Source of the DNA: Deinococcus radiodurans R1 = ATCC 13939 = DSM 20539
GTDB taxonomy: Bacteria; Deinococcota; Deinococci; Deinococcales; Deinococcaceae
Assembly (NCBI RefSeq): GCF_000008565.1
Contig: NC_001263.1
Coordinates: 1,760,603-1,792,602 of the forward strand
Direction: 5' to 3'
DNA: 32,000 nt
How positions within the stretch are numbered: position 1 is the first letter of the stretch; the number at the start of each line of letters is the position of its first letter. The notes under the pieces were generated by a model. That model was not told the DNA's origin and ran no database searches. It was given only the letters and a program-made list of their open reading frames with translations. The translations under genes were made by a program, and so were the position numbers. This document shows, one piece after another, positions 11,166 through 18,844 of the stretch.

Positions 11166-12353
11166 TCACTCCCCAAACGCCACCTTCCGGGGCTCCGGCA
11201 GCCGGTAGGCAATCAGCGCACTCGGAATCAGCAGCGCCAGGCTCGCCAGCGCGGCGGTCTGCGGCGTCGTCACGTCCGCCAGCGCCCCCACAACGAACAC
11301 CAGCACCCCGGCAATGCCCCACGAAAAGCCCATCATGATGGAACTGGCGACGGCGACATGCTGCGGCGCGTACTCCTGCGCGGTGACGACCCCGACCGGA
11401 ATACTGGCGTTGACGGCGGCCCCGACGGCGAAGGTGAGCGGGTAAAACCACCAGTCGGCGGGGCTCGACAGAATCAGGACGGCGAAAAACGGAATGGTGC
11501 TCAGGATGGCCGCGCGCAGCACTGGCGTGCGCCCGTACTTGTCACTCAGACGCCCCCCGAGAATGCCCCCGAAGGCGCTGGCGACGGCGTAGATGGCGAG
11601 CGTGGTGCCGACTTCCCGCGCCCCGAAGCCGCGCGCCATCAGCATGAAGGGCAGCATCGCGTTGTAGCCCATGCTGGCGAGCGAGCGCAGCACCGCCATA
11701 CCCCACAGCCACACCAGCGGCCCTCGGAAGATACCCGCGTACTCGGCCAGCCCGACCCGCTTGGCCTTCTGCGCCCCGCTGGGGGTCACGACGAAGGTCA
11801 CGGCGGCAATCACGGCTCCGATCAGCGCGAACCAGGGCAGGTGCGTCAGGCCCACGCCCGCAAACACCGGGCCGAGCGCCATGCCCGCCGTGCCGCCCGC
11901 GCTGAAGATGCTCGCCCACAGGCCGCGCTTGTCGGCGGGGCTGTTTTGCGCCACATACGCCGAGCCCGCCGGGTGGAAAAAGCCCGAGCCGAAGCCCGCC
12001 ACCGCCACCAGCAGAATCAGCGCCCCGAACCAGGGCACGAAGCCCATCAGCGTCAGGCCCACGCCGGTCATCAGCGGGCCGAGCGCGGCGGCGTAGCGGC
12101 GGTCGATGCGCTCGCCCACAATCCCGAGCAGCGGTTGCAGCACGCTGCTGGTCAGGCTGAACACGCTGGAGAGCAGCGTCACGGCGGCGATGGTCACGCC
12201 GTATTTGCTTTGCAGGGCCGGGGTCAGCGGGGTCAGCATCGCCCCATAAGCGTCGTTGATGAAGTGGCCGGCAGTGACCGCCAGGGCGATGGCGACCCCC
12301 TGGCGACTGACAGCAGCCGCGGACGGCGCGGCGGGAACGGTGGGGGTGGACAT
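11166..12353 (-). CDS. MFS transporter
   Basis: I chose the ATG at 12353 (MSTPTVPAAP, with GAAAGG upstream). The protein is about 12 hydrophobic segments. MFS motif-A-like loops are GIVGERIDRR and GGRLSDKYGRTP. Confidence 0.85.
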   Translation of the reverse strand: MSTPTVPAAPSAAAVSRQGVAIALAVTAGHFINDAYGAMLTPLTPALQSKYGVTIAAVTLLSSVFSLTSSVLQPLLGIVGERIDRRYAAALGPLMTGVGLTLMGFVPWFGALILLVAVAGFGSGFFHPAGSAYVAQNSPADKRGLWASIFSAGGTAGMALGPVFAGVGLTHLPWFALIGAVIAAVTFVVTPSGAQKAKRVGLAEYAGIFRGPLVWLWGMAVLRSLASMGYNAMLPFMLMARGFGAREVGTTLAIYAVASAFGGILGGRLSDKYGRTPVLRAAILSTIPFFAVLILSSPADWWFYPLTFAVGAAVNASIPVGVVTAQEYAPQHVAVASSIMMGFSWGIAGVLVFVVGALADVTTPQTAALASLALLIPSALIAYRLPEPRKVAFGE

Positions 12354-12467
12354 CCTTTCAGGGTACTCGCCCGGCGCGGGGCCCTTACGCTGCACCGAGT
12401 TCAAAGGACGGGCAGGTGGTAAACGAGAAGGCATTCAGGCCGCCGCGCACTCGGTAAGGTAAGCAGC

Positions 12468-12980
12468 ATGATGCTTGCCTTCCGTGAGGCCCTCACTGCA
12501 CTCCTCCCGGCCCCCGAGGACACCTTGCGCCTTCACCTTCAGCAGATGACCGCCCAGGACTGGGCGCCGCTGGCCGACCTGTTTGCCGCCCGCCTGCCCG
12601 AATTCGACGCGGTGGTGGCCCTCCCAGGTGCCGAAACCCTGGGTGAACAGGTCGCGCAGATGCGCGGGGTGCCGCTGCTCCACGCCGGAACTCGAGCGCT
12701 CAGCGGGCCGCAAGGCGCCAGCGCCGTCCAGGGCGAAGCCTTGCTGCTGACCCCACAGCTCGGGAGCGGCGACGCCGAACTCGCCGCGCTGCAACAGGCG
12801 CGCGATCAGGGACTGAACGTCACGGTTCTGGGCACTGCCGTAGAGCGCACCAGCCTGGGCGGACGCCAGCGCCTGACCCAGCTCGGCGTCACGGTGCGGG
12901 CCGCGCTGCAACTTGCCGACACCCCGGAGGGGCTGAACCTGGAGCGGCGCACCCCCGACCGCTGGCTGACCTCAGCCTGA
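12468..12980 (+). CDS. Phosphoribosyltransferase-fold protein (APRT-like) with a degenerate PRPP loop
   Basis: The layout FDAVVALPGAETLGEQVA...GVPLL ... EALLLTPQLGSGDAEL ... GLNVTVLG follows type-I PRTases. The acidic pair and TGGT of the PRPP loop are replaced. Confidence 0.5.
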   Translation: MMLAFREALTALLPAPEDTLRLHLQQMTAQDWAPLADLFAARLPEFDAVVALPGAETLGEQVAQMRGVPLLHAGTRALSGPQGASAVQGEALLLTPQLGSGDAELAALQQARDQGLNVTVLGTAVERTSLGGRQRLTQLGVTVRAALQLADTPEGLNLERRTPDRWLTSA

Positions 12981-13490
12981 GCGGCGGTACTCGGCCAGGG
13001 CGCGGTCCTCGGCGGGAATCCGCACGCCCAGCAGCAGCGCGGCGTTGAGCAGGCTGAAGGCGACGGCAGTACGCCACGCCCCCACCGCCAGCGGCGCGGC
13101 GGCGAGTTCGAGCGCCACCACGGTGTAGTTGGGGTGCCCCAGGAAGCGGAAAGGCCCGCTCGTCACGCGCTGCCCTCCCGGCACAATCAGAATCCTGGTG
13201 TTCCAGTAGCGCCCCAGCGTGTGCATGACCCAGTAGCGCAGCGGTTGCAGCGCCAGAAAGAGCAGCAGCGCGGGCCAGTTCACCCGCTTGCCGTTCGCGC
13301 GGCCTTCGAGCAGCAGCGAGAGCAGCCACGCCGGATGCAGCACGAAAAAGGTCCAGTAATGCTCCTGCCCGTACTCGACGGCGCCGTGTTCGCGGGCCCA
13401 GCGCTCGTTGCGGCGGGCGAGGCGCACTTCCAGCAGCCGCTGCACGATCAGGCCGCCGACGAGATAAGGGGTCAGGGTGCGGGCTTTCAT
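12972..13490 (-). CDS. Isoprenylcysteine carboxyl methyltransferase (ICMT)-family membrane protein
   Basis: I chose the ATG at 13490 (MKARTLTPYL); an alternative ATG lies at 13541. The protein is hydrophobic, with FRFLGHPNYTVVALEL typical of ICMT/PEMT-type methyltransferases. Confidence 0.7.
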   Translation of the reverse strand: MKARTLTPYLVGGLIVQRLLEVRLARRNERWAREHGAVEYGQEHYWTFFVLHPAWLLSLLLEGRANGKRVNWPALLLFLALQPLRYWVMHTLGRYWNTRILIVPGGQRVTSGPFRFLGHPNYTVVALELAAAPLAVGAWRTAVAFSLLNAALLLGVRIPAEDRALAEYRRSG

Positions 13491-13550
13491 GGCAGGCAGT
13501 GTAGCCGCCGGGCGGCAGAACACGGCTTTTTGCTCTGTCAAAACAAAGCG

Positions 13551-14381
13551 TTACTGGCCCGCACCCCGGCTTCCGTCGCTGATATGGACGATAGCGGCTC
13601 GCCCGCCTTCTTCCCCCGTCGGAAGCAGCAGCGTACCTACGCCCTGCGCCGTGCGGTACACGCTGACTTCGCCCTCGTGCTGGAGCAGCTGCCACCCCTG
13701 TTCCTGCAACTGGGGCAACAAGTGCGGTAGCAGGTCCGGCCCCGCTGCGTCACCCGATGCCCGCAAGCCGTATTCCTCGCTGCGAACAGCTCTGCCCGAC
13801 CCCTGCTGGAGCTGCGCCCGCCAGCCGGGTGGCAGGGTCAGCGTGGGCAGCGGCGCCTCCTGTGCCTGAAAAGCCGGGTCGTCGTGGCGGCCCAGCAGGT
13901 GGCCGATCTGCCGCGCGTCGCTGTCATGCACATTCAGCCAGACCTGGGTGAGGTCGCCCTGCTGCCGCACCTGCACACTGAACTGCTGCACACGCTCCGG
14001 ATGAACCGCCATCCACTGCGACTGCTCGGCCTCCACAAAAGTCTGGGCGAAGGGTTGCACCGCTTGCCAGCCCCCCGCACGCAGCGCCGCCTGAAAACGG
14101 CTCATCGTTTCAGCTAACGGTAAGGCCACGTCCAGAAATGCGCGCCACAGCCGCTGTTCAGGCGGACGGTCCTCAGCGCCCTGGGGGTACTGAAAAGTCC
14201 AGCGCGGCGCCACACTCCGCACGCTGCCCAGCACCCGCAGGCCCGGCAGCTCAGGCAACGTCAGCGGAAAGTCGTCCGGCAGAGCGTCTGGGAGCACCGC
14301 GACGGTTTGCGGGTCGCCGCCCTCGCCGAAGCCCAGCGCGCGTTGCAAGAACTCCTGACTGACGGTGAGCTGTTCAGACAT
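13551..14381 (-). CDS. Hypothetical protein (possible internal duplication)
   Basis: This is a clean 276-aa ORF with a high-GC third-position pattern, lying 60 nt upstream of the ICMT-like gene on the same strand. Two segments begin similarly (FPLTLPELPGLRVLG and LPTLTLPPGWRAQL). I recognised no family. Confidence 0.55.
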   Translation of the reverse strand: MSEQLTVSQEFLQRALGFGEGGDPQTVAVLPDALPDDFPLTLPELPGLRVLGSVRSVAPRWTFQYPQGAEDRPPEQRLWRAFLDVALPLAETMSRFQAALRAGGWQAVQPFAQTFVEAEQSQWMAVHPERVQQFSVQVRQQGDLTQVWLNVHDSDARQIGHLLGRHDDPAFQAQEAPLPTLTLPPGWRAQLQQGSGRAVRSEEYGLRASGDAAGPDLLPHLLPQLQEQGWQLLQHEGEVSVYRTAQGVGTLLLPTGEEGGRAAIVHISDGSRGAGQ

Positions 14382-14400
14382 GAGTCAGTGTATCGTCCGA

Positions 14401-14506
14401 TCTAGCGCCCTGGTCGTAATAAAAACCCCTCACCCCTGCCTTCGGCAGGCCCTCTCCCCTTGGTAGAGGGTCAAACGGCGCTCTTGTCCCGCGCCCCTTG
14501 CTAGAG
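14401..14506. repeat. Small non-coding repeat family 3 copy (approximate boundaries)
   Basis: tctagcgcc...aaaaacccctcacccctgccttcggcaggccctctccccttggtagagggtcaaa...gctagag parallels 16205-16316 and the terminal module of 5765-5848. Confidence 0.6.
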
Positions 14507-14519
14507 AGGAAGGGAGGCG

Positions 14520-15440
14520 CTAGCCGCGCAGCAGCTCGTCCGCCGCCACGTCGGTGTCCAGCTCGCCGCGCGCCACGCGGGCGTACAGGTCCGCACCCGC
14601 CGCCCGCGCCCGTTGCAGCAGCCGCTCCTGCACCAGTGTGCGGACCTCGAACTCGGCGCGGCGTTCGCGTCGCCCTTGTAAGCCAGTTTCGCCCAGGTGC
14701 TCGCGGTGCTGCCGAACCGCTTCGATGATCTGGTCTACGCCTTCGCCTCGGCTCGCCACGGTGCGGCGAATTGGCGCGAACCAGGTGTGCTCGTCGTGCC
14801 AGCCCAGCCCCTGCGCGGCCATCAGCTCACGCACGGTGCGCTCGGCGCCGGGCAGGTCGGCCTTGTTCACGGCGATCACGTCGGCAATTTCCATGATGCC
14901 CGCCTTGAACGCCTGAATGCCGTCGCCGCCCGCCGGGGTCAGCACCAGCAGGGTGTGGTCGCACACGGCGGCGATATCCACCTCCGACTGCCCCACGCCC
15001 ACCGTTTCCAGAATCACCCAGTCGAAACCCGCGCCATCCAGCAGCGCCAGCACCGGCAGAGTCTGGGCCGAGAGGCCACCCAATGCGCCACGCGAGGCCA
15101 GTGAGCGCACGAACACGCCCTCGTCGGCGTGATGGCGCAGCATGCGGATGCGGTCGCCCAGAATCGCGCCGCCGCTGTAGGGGCTGCTGGGGTCCACCGC
15201 CAGCACGGCCACCCGCTCGCCGCGTGCGCGCAGCTCAGCAATCAAGGCGTCGGTCAGGGTGCTTTTGCCGCTGCCGGGGCTGCCGGTCACGCCCAGCACG
15301 GTGGCGCGGCCCGCGCGTTCACGGGCGGCGCGCAGCAGCGGACGGGCAGAGGGCAACCCCGCCTCGGCCAGGGTCACGGCGCGGGCCAGGGCACGCCGGT
15401 CCCCGGCCCGGTAACGGGCTTCCAGAGTCTGAACGGTCAT
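14520..15440 (-). CDS. meaB: Methylmalonyl-CoA mutase-associated GTPase MeaB/ArgK
   Basis: I chose the ATG at 15440 (MTVQTLEARY). The protein has a P-loop GVTGSPGSGKST, DWVILETVGVGQSE and NKADL. The track ORF extension runs into the upstream repeat. Confidence 0.9.
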   Translation of the reverse strand: MTVQTLEARYRAGDRRALARAVTLAEAGLPSARPLLRAARERAGRATVLGVTGSPGSGKSTLTDALIAELRARGERVAVLAVDPSSPYSGGAILGDRIRMLRHHADEGVFVRSLASRGALGGLSAQTLPVLALLDGAGFDWVILETVGVGQSEVDIAAVCDHTLLVLTPAGGDGIQAFKAGIMEIADVIAVNKADLPGAERTVRELMAAQGLGWHDEHTWFAPIRRTVASRGEGVDQIIEAVRQHREHLGETGLQGRRERRAEFEVRTLVQERLLQRARAAGADLYARVARGELDTDVAADELLRG

Positions 15441-15491
15441 GTGTGCCCAGCGTACCCCGCCCGGCAAACGGGCGTCAGCCTGCGGCTTGCC

Positions 15492-15641
15492 CTTAGAGCA
15501 GTTCTCCGAATTACGCGTGCATCGGAACAGCACCGCCACCCGCTCCATTCTTCGTTCTGCTCCGTAGTTTGTACTCGCTCTCTACGAGCTGTACCAGTCC
15601 GCTCGCCAAAAAGCTGTGCCATCTTTTTGTCAAATGCTCTA
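15492..15641. repeat. Small non-coding repeat family 2, copy 2
   Basis: This is the same element as 7304-7434 in the same orientation, with about 18 extra nucleotides (ctctacgagctgtaccagtc region). Confidence 0.85.
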
Positions 15642-15690
15642 AACGTGACCGGCGGACCGTTTGCACCCTGGCCCCGCTATACTTCCCTTT

Positions 15691-16149
<459 letters not shown>

Positions 16150-16204
16150 GCCTCAAAGCCCGCTAACGTCCGCTCTGGCCTTGCGCTGGGGCGGTTTTTT
16201 GATC

Positions 16205-16316
16205 TCTAGAGCATTTGACAGAAAAACACCCACCACCCCTTGCTGCGACGCAGCTCTTCGAGCCCTACCAGGGTAGAGCGTCAAAAAGTAAGGCCTTCCA
16301 ATGGCAAACGCTCTAG
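16205..16316. repeat. Small non-coding repeat family 3 copy (termini CTAGAGCATTTGACA ... GCTCTAG)
   Basis: The terminal inverted repeat is ctagagca / tgctctag-like. The internal blocks cacccaccaccccttgc and ccctaccagggtagagcgtcaaaaa match the other family-3 modules. Confidence 0.65.
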
Positions 16317-16320
16317 GAGC

Positions 16321-16359
16321 TATCCAAAAGCACGCGCCCCCACCTGCGAAGGCGGGGGC
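16321..16359 (-). terminator. Probable terminator of the LysM-NlpC/P60 gene
   Basis: The hairpin gcccccacc / ggcgggggc has one mismatch. On the minus strand it is followed by gcgtgcttttgg. Confidence 0.45.
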
Positions 16360-16412
16360 TGCTCTGTGAGGCTGTACTGGGCGATGAAAGCCTCAGGCGT
16401 GCTTACTCTGGC

Positions 16413-17039
16413 TCAGCCGATAACGCGGCGGGCGCCCATGAAGCGGCTGGCCCAGTAGGGGTTCCCGAAGAGGGGCTCGACCACGGTGCGGCCATAGTAC
16501 GAGTTCGCATTCGCCATCATACCGTTGCCCAGGTAGACGCCCACGTGGCTCACGCCGCGCCCGGTGGTGTTGAAGAACACCAAGTCGCCGGCTTGCAGGT
16601 TGCGGCTGCTCACGGCGTAGCCCGCGCCCCACTGCCCGGCGGCGGTGCGGGGCAGGTTGATGCCCATCTGCTGGAACACGCGCATGGTGTAGCCGCTGCA
16701 ATCAATGCCGCCCGCGCCGGTTCCGCCGAGCGAGTAGCGGATCCCCAGGTAGCGGCTGGCGGCGGTGTTCACGTACACGCGGCTGCCACCGCTGGCGACT
16801 GGAGCCTGCGCCGTCTGCGCGGTATTGGTCTTGGTAAAGCTCGAACCGATTTGCAGGCGCTGGCCCACCTGGATGGTGGTGCTGCGCAGACCGTTCATAC
16901 GCATCAGGGTGCTGGCATCGGTGCCGTAGGCTCCTGCAATGCGGGAGAGAGTGTCTCCGGCTTTGACGGTGTAGGTGGCGGCTCCGGCGGTGGTGAGGCT
17001 CAGGGCGGAGATGGTGGTCAGCAAATGGGCGGCTTTCAT
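16413..17039 (-). CDS. LysM domain plus NlpC/P60 peptidoglycan endopeptidase, secreted
   Basis: The signal peptide is [20 protein letters not shown]. The LysM domain is [29 protein letters not shown]. The NlpC/P60 catalytic Cys is in [11 protein letters not shown] and the His in [10 protein letters not shown]. Confidence 0.92.
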   Translation of the reverse strand: MKAAHLLTTISALSLTTAGAATYTVKAGDTLSRIAGAYGTDASTLMRMNGLRSTTIQVGQRLQIGSSFTKTNTAQTAQAPVASGGSRVYVNTAASRYLGIRYSLGGTGAGGIDCSGYTMRVFQQMGINLPRTAAGQWGAGYAVSSRNLQAGDLVFFNTTGRGVSHVGVYLGNGMMANANSYYGRTVVEPLFGNPYWASRFMGARRVIG

Positions 17040-17435
17040 CGACCACGAAAGCTTAACCCAAAACTGTTCACTTGCCCTTAATCCTTAAATGAAATGGCGA
17101 CTTTTATGCGCCTATACGGCGTATATGCGGACTTTTAGACTGCATAACGCGATGAATACGAGGGTTTTCCTCAGTGTTCTCAGAGTCTGACTCATTTCTG
17201 TTTTGTCCCCCCCGAGTGACGTGCCCAGGCGCACTTTTCGGTCTTCATGGAAAGTAAGGTTCCACATCTTTCTCAGATTTGGAGGGGCCGATACAGAGTA
17301 ACTGAAGTTACCTTTCAGCATCACTTCACGTCACAAAAAGCGGGGTAATGGCTTCCCCTCGGAGGGGCGCGGCGCCCGGTTCTATACTCGCCCCGTTGCC
17401 GTGCGCTGCCCGCGCACCCGTCCGCAGGAGGGACC
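17040..17435. promoter_or_regulatory. Long AT-rich divergent intergenic region / candidate structured 5' leader
   Basis: My hand count over 17041-17340 gives about 46% G+C, in a window that is otherwise about two-thirds G+C. The region contains several short palindromes (gagtcagactc, cgcctatacggcg) and no convincing ORF. Confidence 0.45.
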
Positions 17436-17810
17436 ATGAAAGAACCGATGACCACCGAGCAACTGCTTCAGGGCCTCAAGCACTACCGCCGCATCGCCCG
17501 GCAGGACATGCTGCGCTCGGCAGAAACGCCGCACCCCGACGCCTTTTTGCGGCACGCCGAAGCGCGGCGCGAGATTTACGTACAACTCGCAACCTACGCC
17601 GAGCAGCACGCCCCCGAAGACGTGACCACGCACGCGCTGGAGCTGTATCAGGCGCTGCCTTTCGTAACCGGCACCGCCGAACACGAACACCCCGACACCA
17701 AGGGGCAGGAAAACGCCCTGGAAAACTTTTTCCTGCTCGTCGGCCTCGACCCCAAAACTCGCCGTGAAGCGCGGTCCAAGCGGCCCAAGCTGGCCCCAGC
17801 CCAGCCCTGA
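17436..17810 (+). CDS. Hypothetical protein
   Basis: The ATG is preceded by GGAGGGA at a good distance. The 124-aa ORF is followed by a strong hairpin. I recognised no family. Confidence 0.65.
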   Translation: MKEPMTTEQLLQGLKHYRRIARQDMLRSAETPHPDAFLRHAEARREIYVQLATYAEQHAPEDVTTHALELYQALPFVTGTAEHEHPDTKGQENALENFFLLVGLDPKTRREARSKRPKLAPAQP

Positions 17811-17824
17811 CCAAAGCCCTTTGT

Positions 17825-17879
17825 GCCCGCCCCCGCCCGAGACTGAAACGCAGCTTTCAGCCACGGTGCGGGGGCGGGC
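17825..17879 (+). terminator. Large GC hairpin (12-bp perfect stem with a nested inner hairpin)
   Basis: The outer stem is gcccgcccccgc / gcgggggcgggc. The loop contains ctgaaa...tttcag. The hairpin ends 15 nt before the UDG start codon. Confidence 0.55.
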
Positions 17880-17893
17880 GCTACTTTGGCCCC

Positions 17894-18607
17894 ATGACCG
17901 GCTCCCTTCCCCCGCCGCGCCACCCGTTGCATCAGGCGGCTGACCCGCCGGACCCGGCGGCGCTGCTGGCGCTAGAAGACCGCAACCGGGGCTGCGCGGC
18001 CTGTCCGCTGCGGGTGAGTGCCTCGCAAGTGGTGGTGTCTGACGGCGACCCGCGCGCGCCGCTGCTGATCGTGGGCGAGGGTCCCGGCGCCGAAGAAGAC
18101 CGCGATGGACGGCCCTTCGTGGGGCAGGCGGGGCAACTGCTCGACCGCATTCTGGCGGCAGCCAGCCTTGCCCGCGAGGAGGCGTACCTCACCAACGTGA
18201 CCAAGTGCCGCGCGCCGAACAACCGCACGCCGCTGCCGCTAGAAACCGCCACCTGCACCGGGCTGTGGCTGGAGCCGCAACTCGCGCTGCTGCGGCCACG
18301 GGTGGTGCTGTCGCTCGGCAACACCGCCACACAGTTTCTGCTCGGCACGCCACGCGGCATCACGCGACTGCGCGGGCAATGGTTCACCTATCGCCACCCC
18401 GCCTGGCCGCAGCCCGCCCTGCTGATGCCGCTGCTGCACCCCGCTTACCTGCTGCGTAATCCGGTGCGGACCCCCGGCGGCCCCAAGAGCCTGACCTGGC
18501 GCGATATCCGCGAAGTGGCCGCCGTCCTGCGCGGCGAGAAGGAAGCCTCCCCGGTTCAGGGCCAATTTCCCGCCGCGCCCGACAGTCTGTTCAGTGAATT
18601 GGAATGA
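17894..18607 (+). CDS. Uracil-DNA glycosylase, family 4
   Basis: The motifs are GCAACPL (Fe-S Cys region), [27 protein letters not shown] (motif A) and [11 protein letters not shown] (motif B). Confidence 0.9.
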   Translation: MTGSLPPPRHPLHQAADPPDPAALLALEDRNRGCAACPLRVSASQVVVSDGDPRAPLLIVGEGPGAEEDRDGRPFVGQAGQLLDRILAAASLAREEAYLTNVTKCRAPNNRTPLPLETATCTGLWLEPQLALLRPRVVLSLGNTATQFLLGTPRGITRLRGQWFTYRHPAWPQPALLMPLLHPAYLLRNPVRTPGGPKSLTWRDIREVAAVLRGEKEASPVQGQFPAAPDSLFSELE

Positions 18608-18844
18608 AGACCGGCGCTGAAAAGCTGCTCCGTCTCCCCTGACAGCAACTCCAGTAAATCGCCCCAAGGTCAGTTGAAAAAACACTGTTCAGGCCGTACT
18701 TTTTCAACTTCGCCCGACACGCCGTCGAGACCTTATATATAAGGTGCGCGATGAGCACAAAAGCCGGGGCATTTCGCTCCAAGTTGGGCGGCGTACCGAC
18801 GACCCCGCGCCCAGACGGCCCGGTCTGCTCTAGGATGACCCGCG

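Noticed and set aside
17104-17130. A radiation/desiccation response motif (RDRM)-like palindrome at ttatgcgcctatacggcgtata, and similarly at 30474-30492.
   Set aside because: Only the TTATG start resembles the RDRM consensus I remember. The second half-site (...ACATAA-like) is absent, and the symmetry is about 14 of 21 positions. I treat both as generic palindromes.
17112-17324. A 70-aa ORF inside the AT-rich intergenic region.
   Set aside because: It has no Shine-Dalgarno sequence, a composition unlike every other gene here, and no recognisable motif. It is more likely a chance ORF in AT-rich DNA. Ribosome profiling or conservation analysis would be needed to revive it.
18745-18844. A fluoride (crcB-motif) riboswitch in front of the CLC gene.
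   Set aside because: CLC genes are frequent fluoride-riboswitch targets, and a GCGATGAG string is present. However, I could not find the conserved GGCTGATG...CCTAC 3' half or the pseudoknot partner, and the protein does not look like a CLC-F. Only a cmsearch with the Rfam fluoride model could overturn this.
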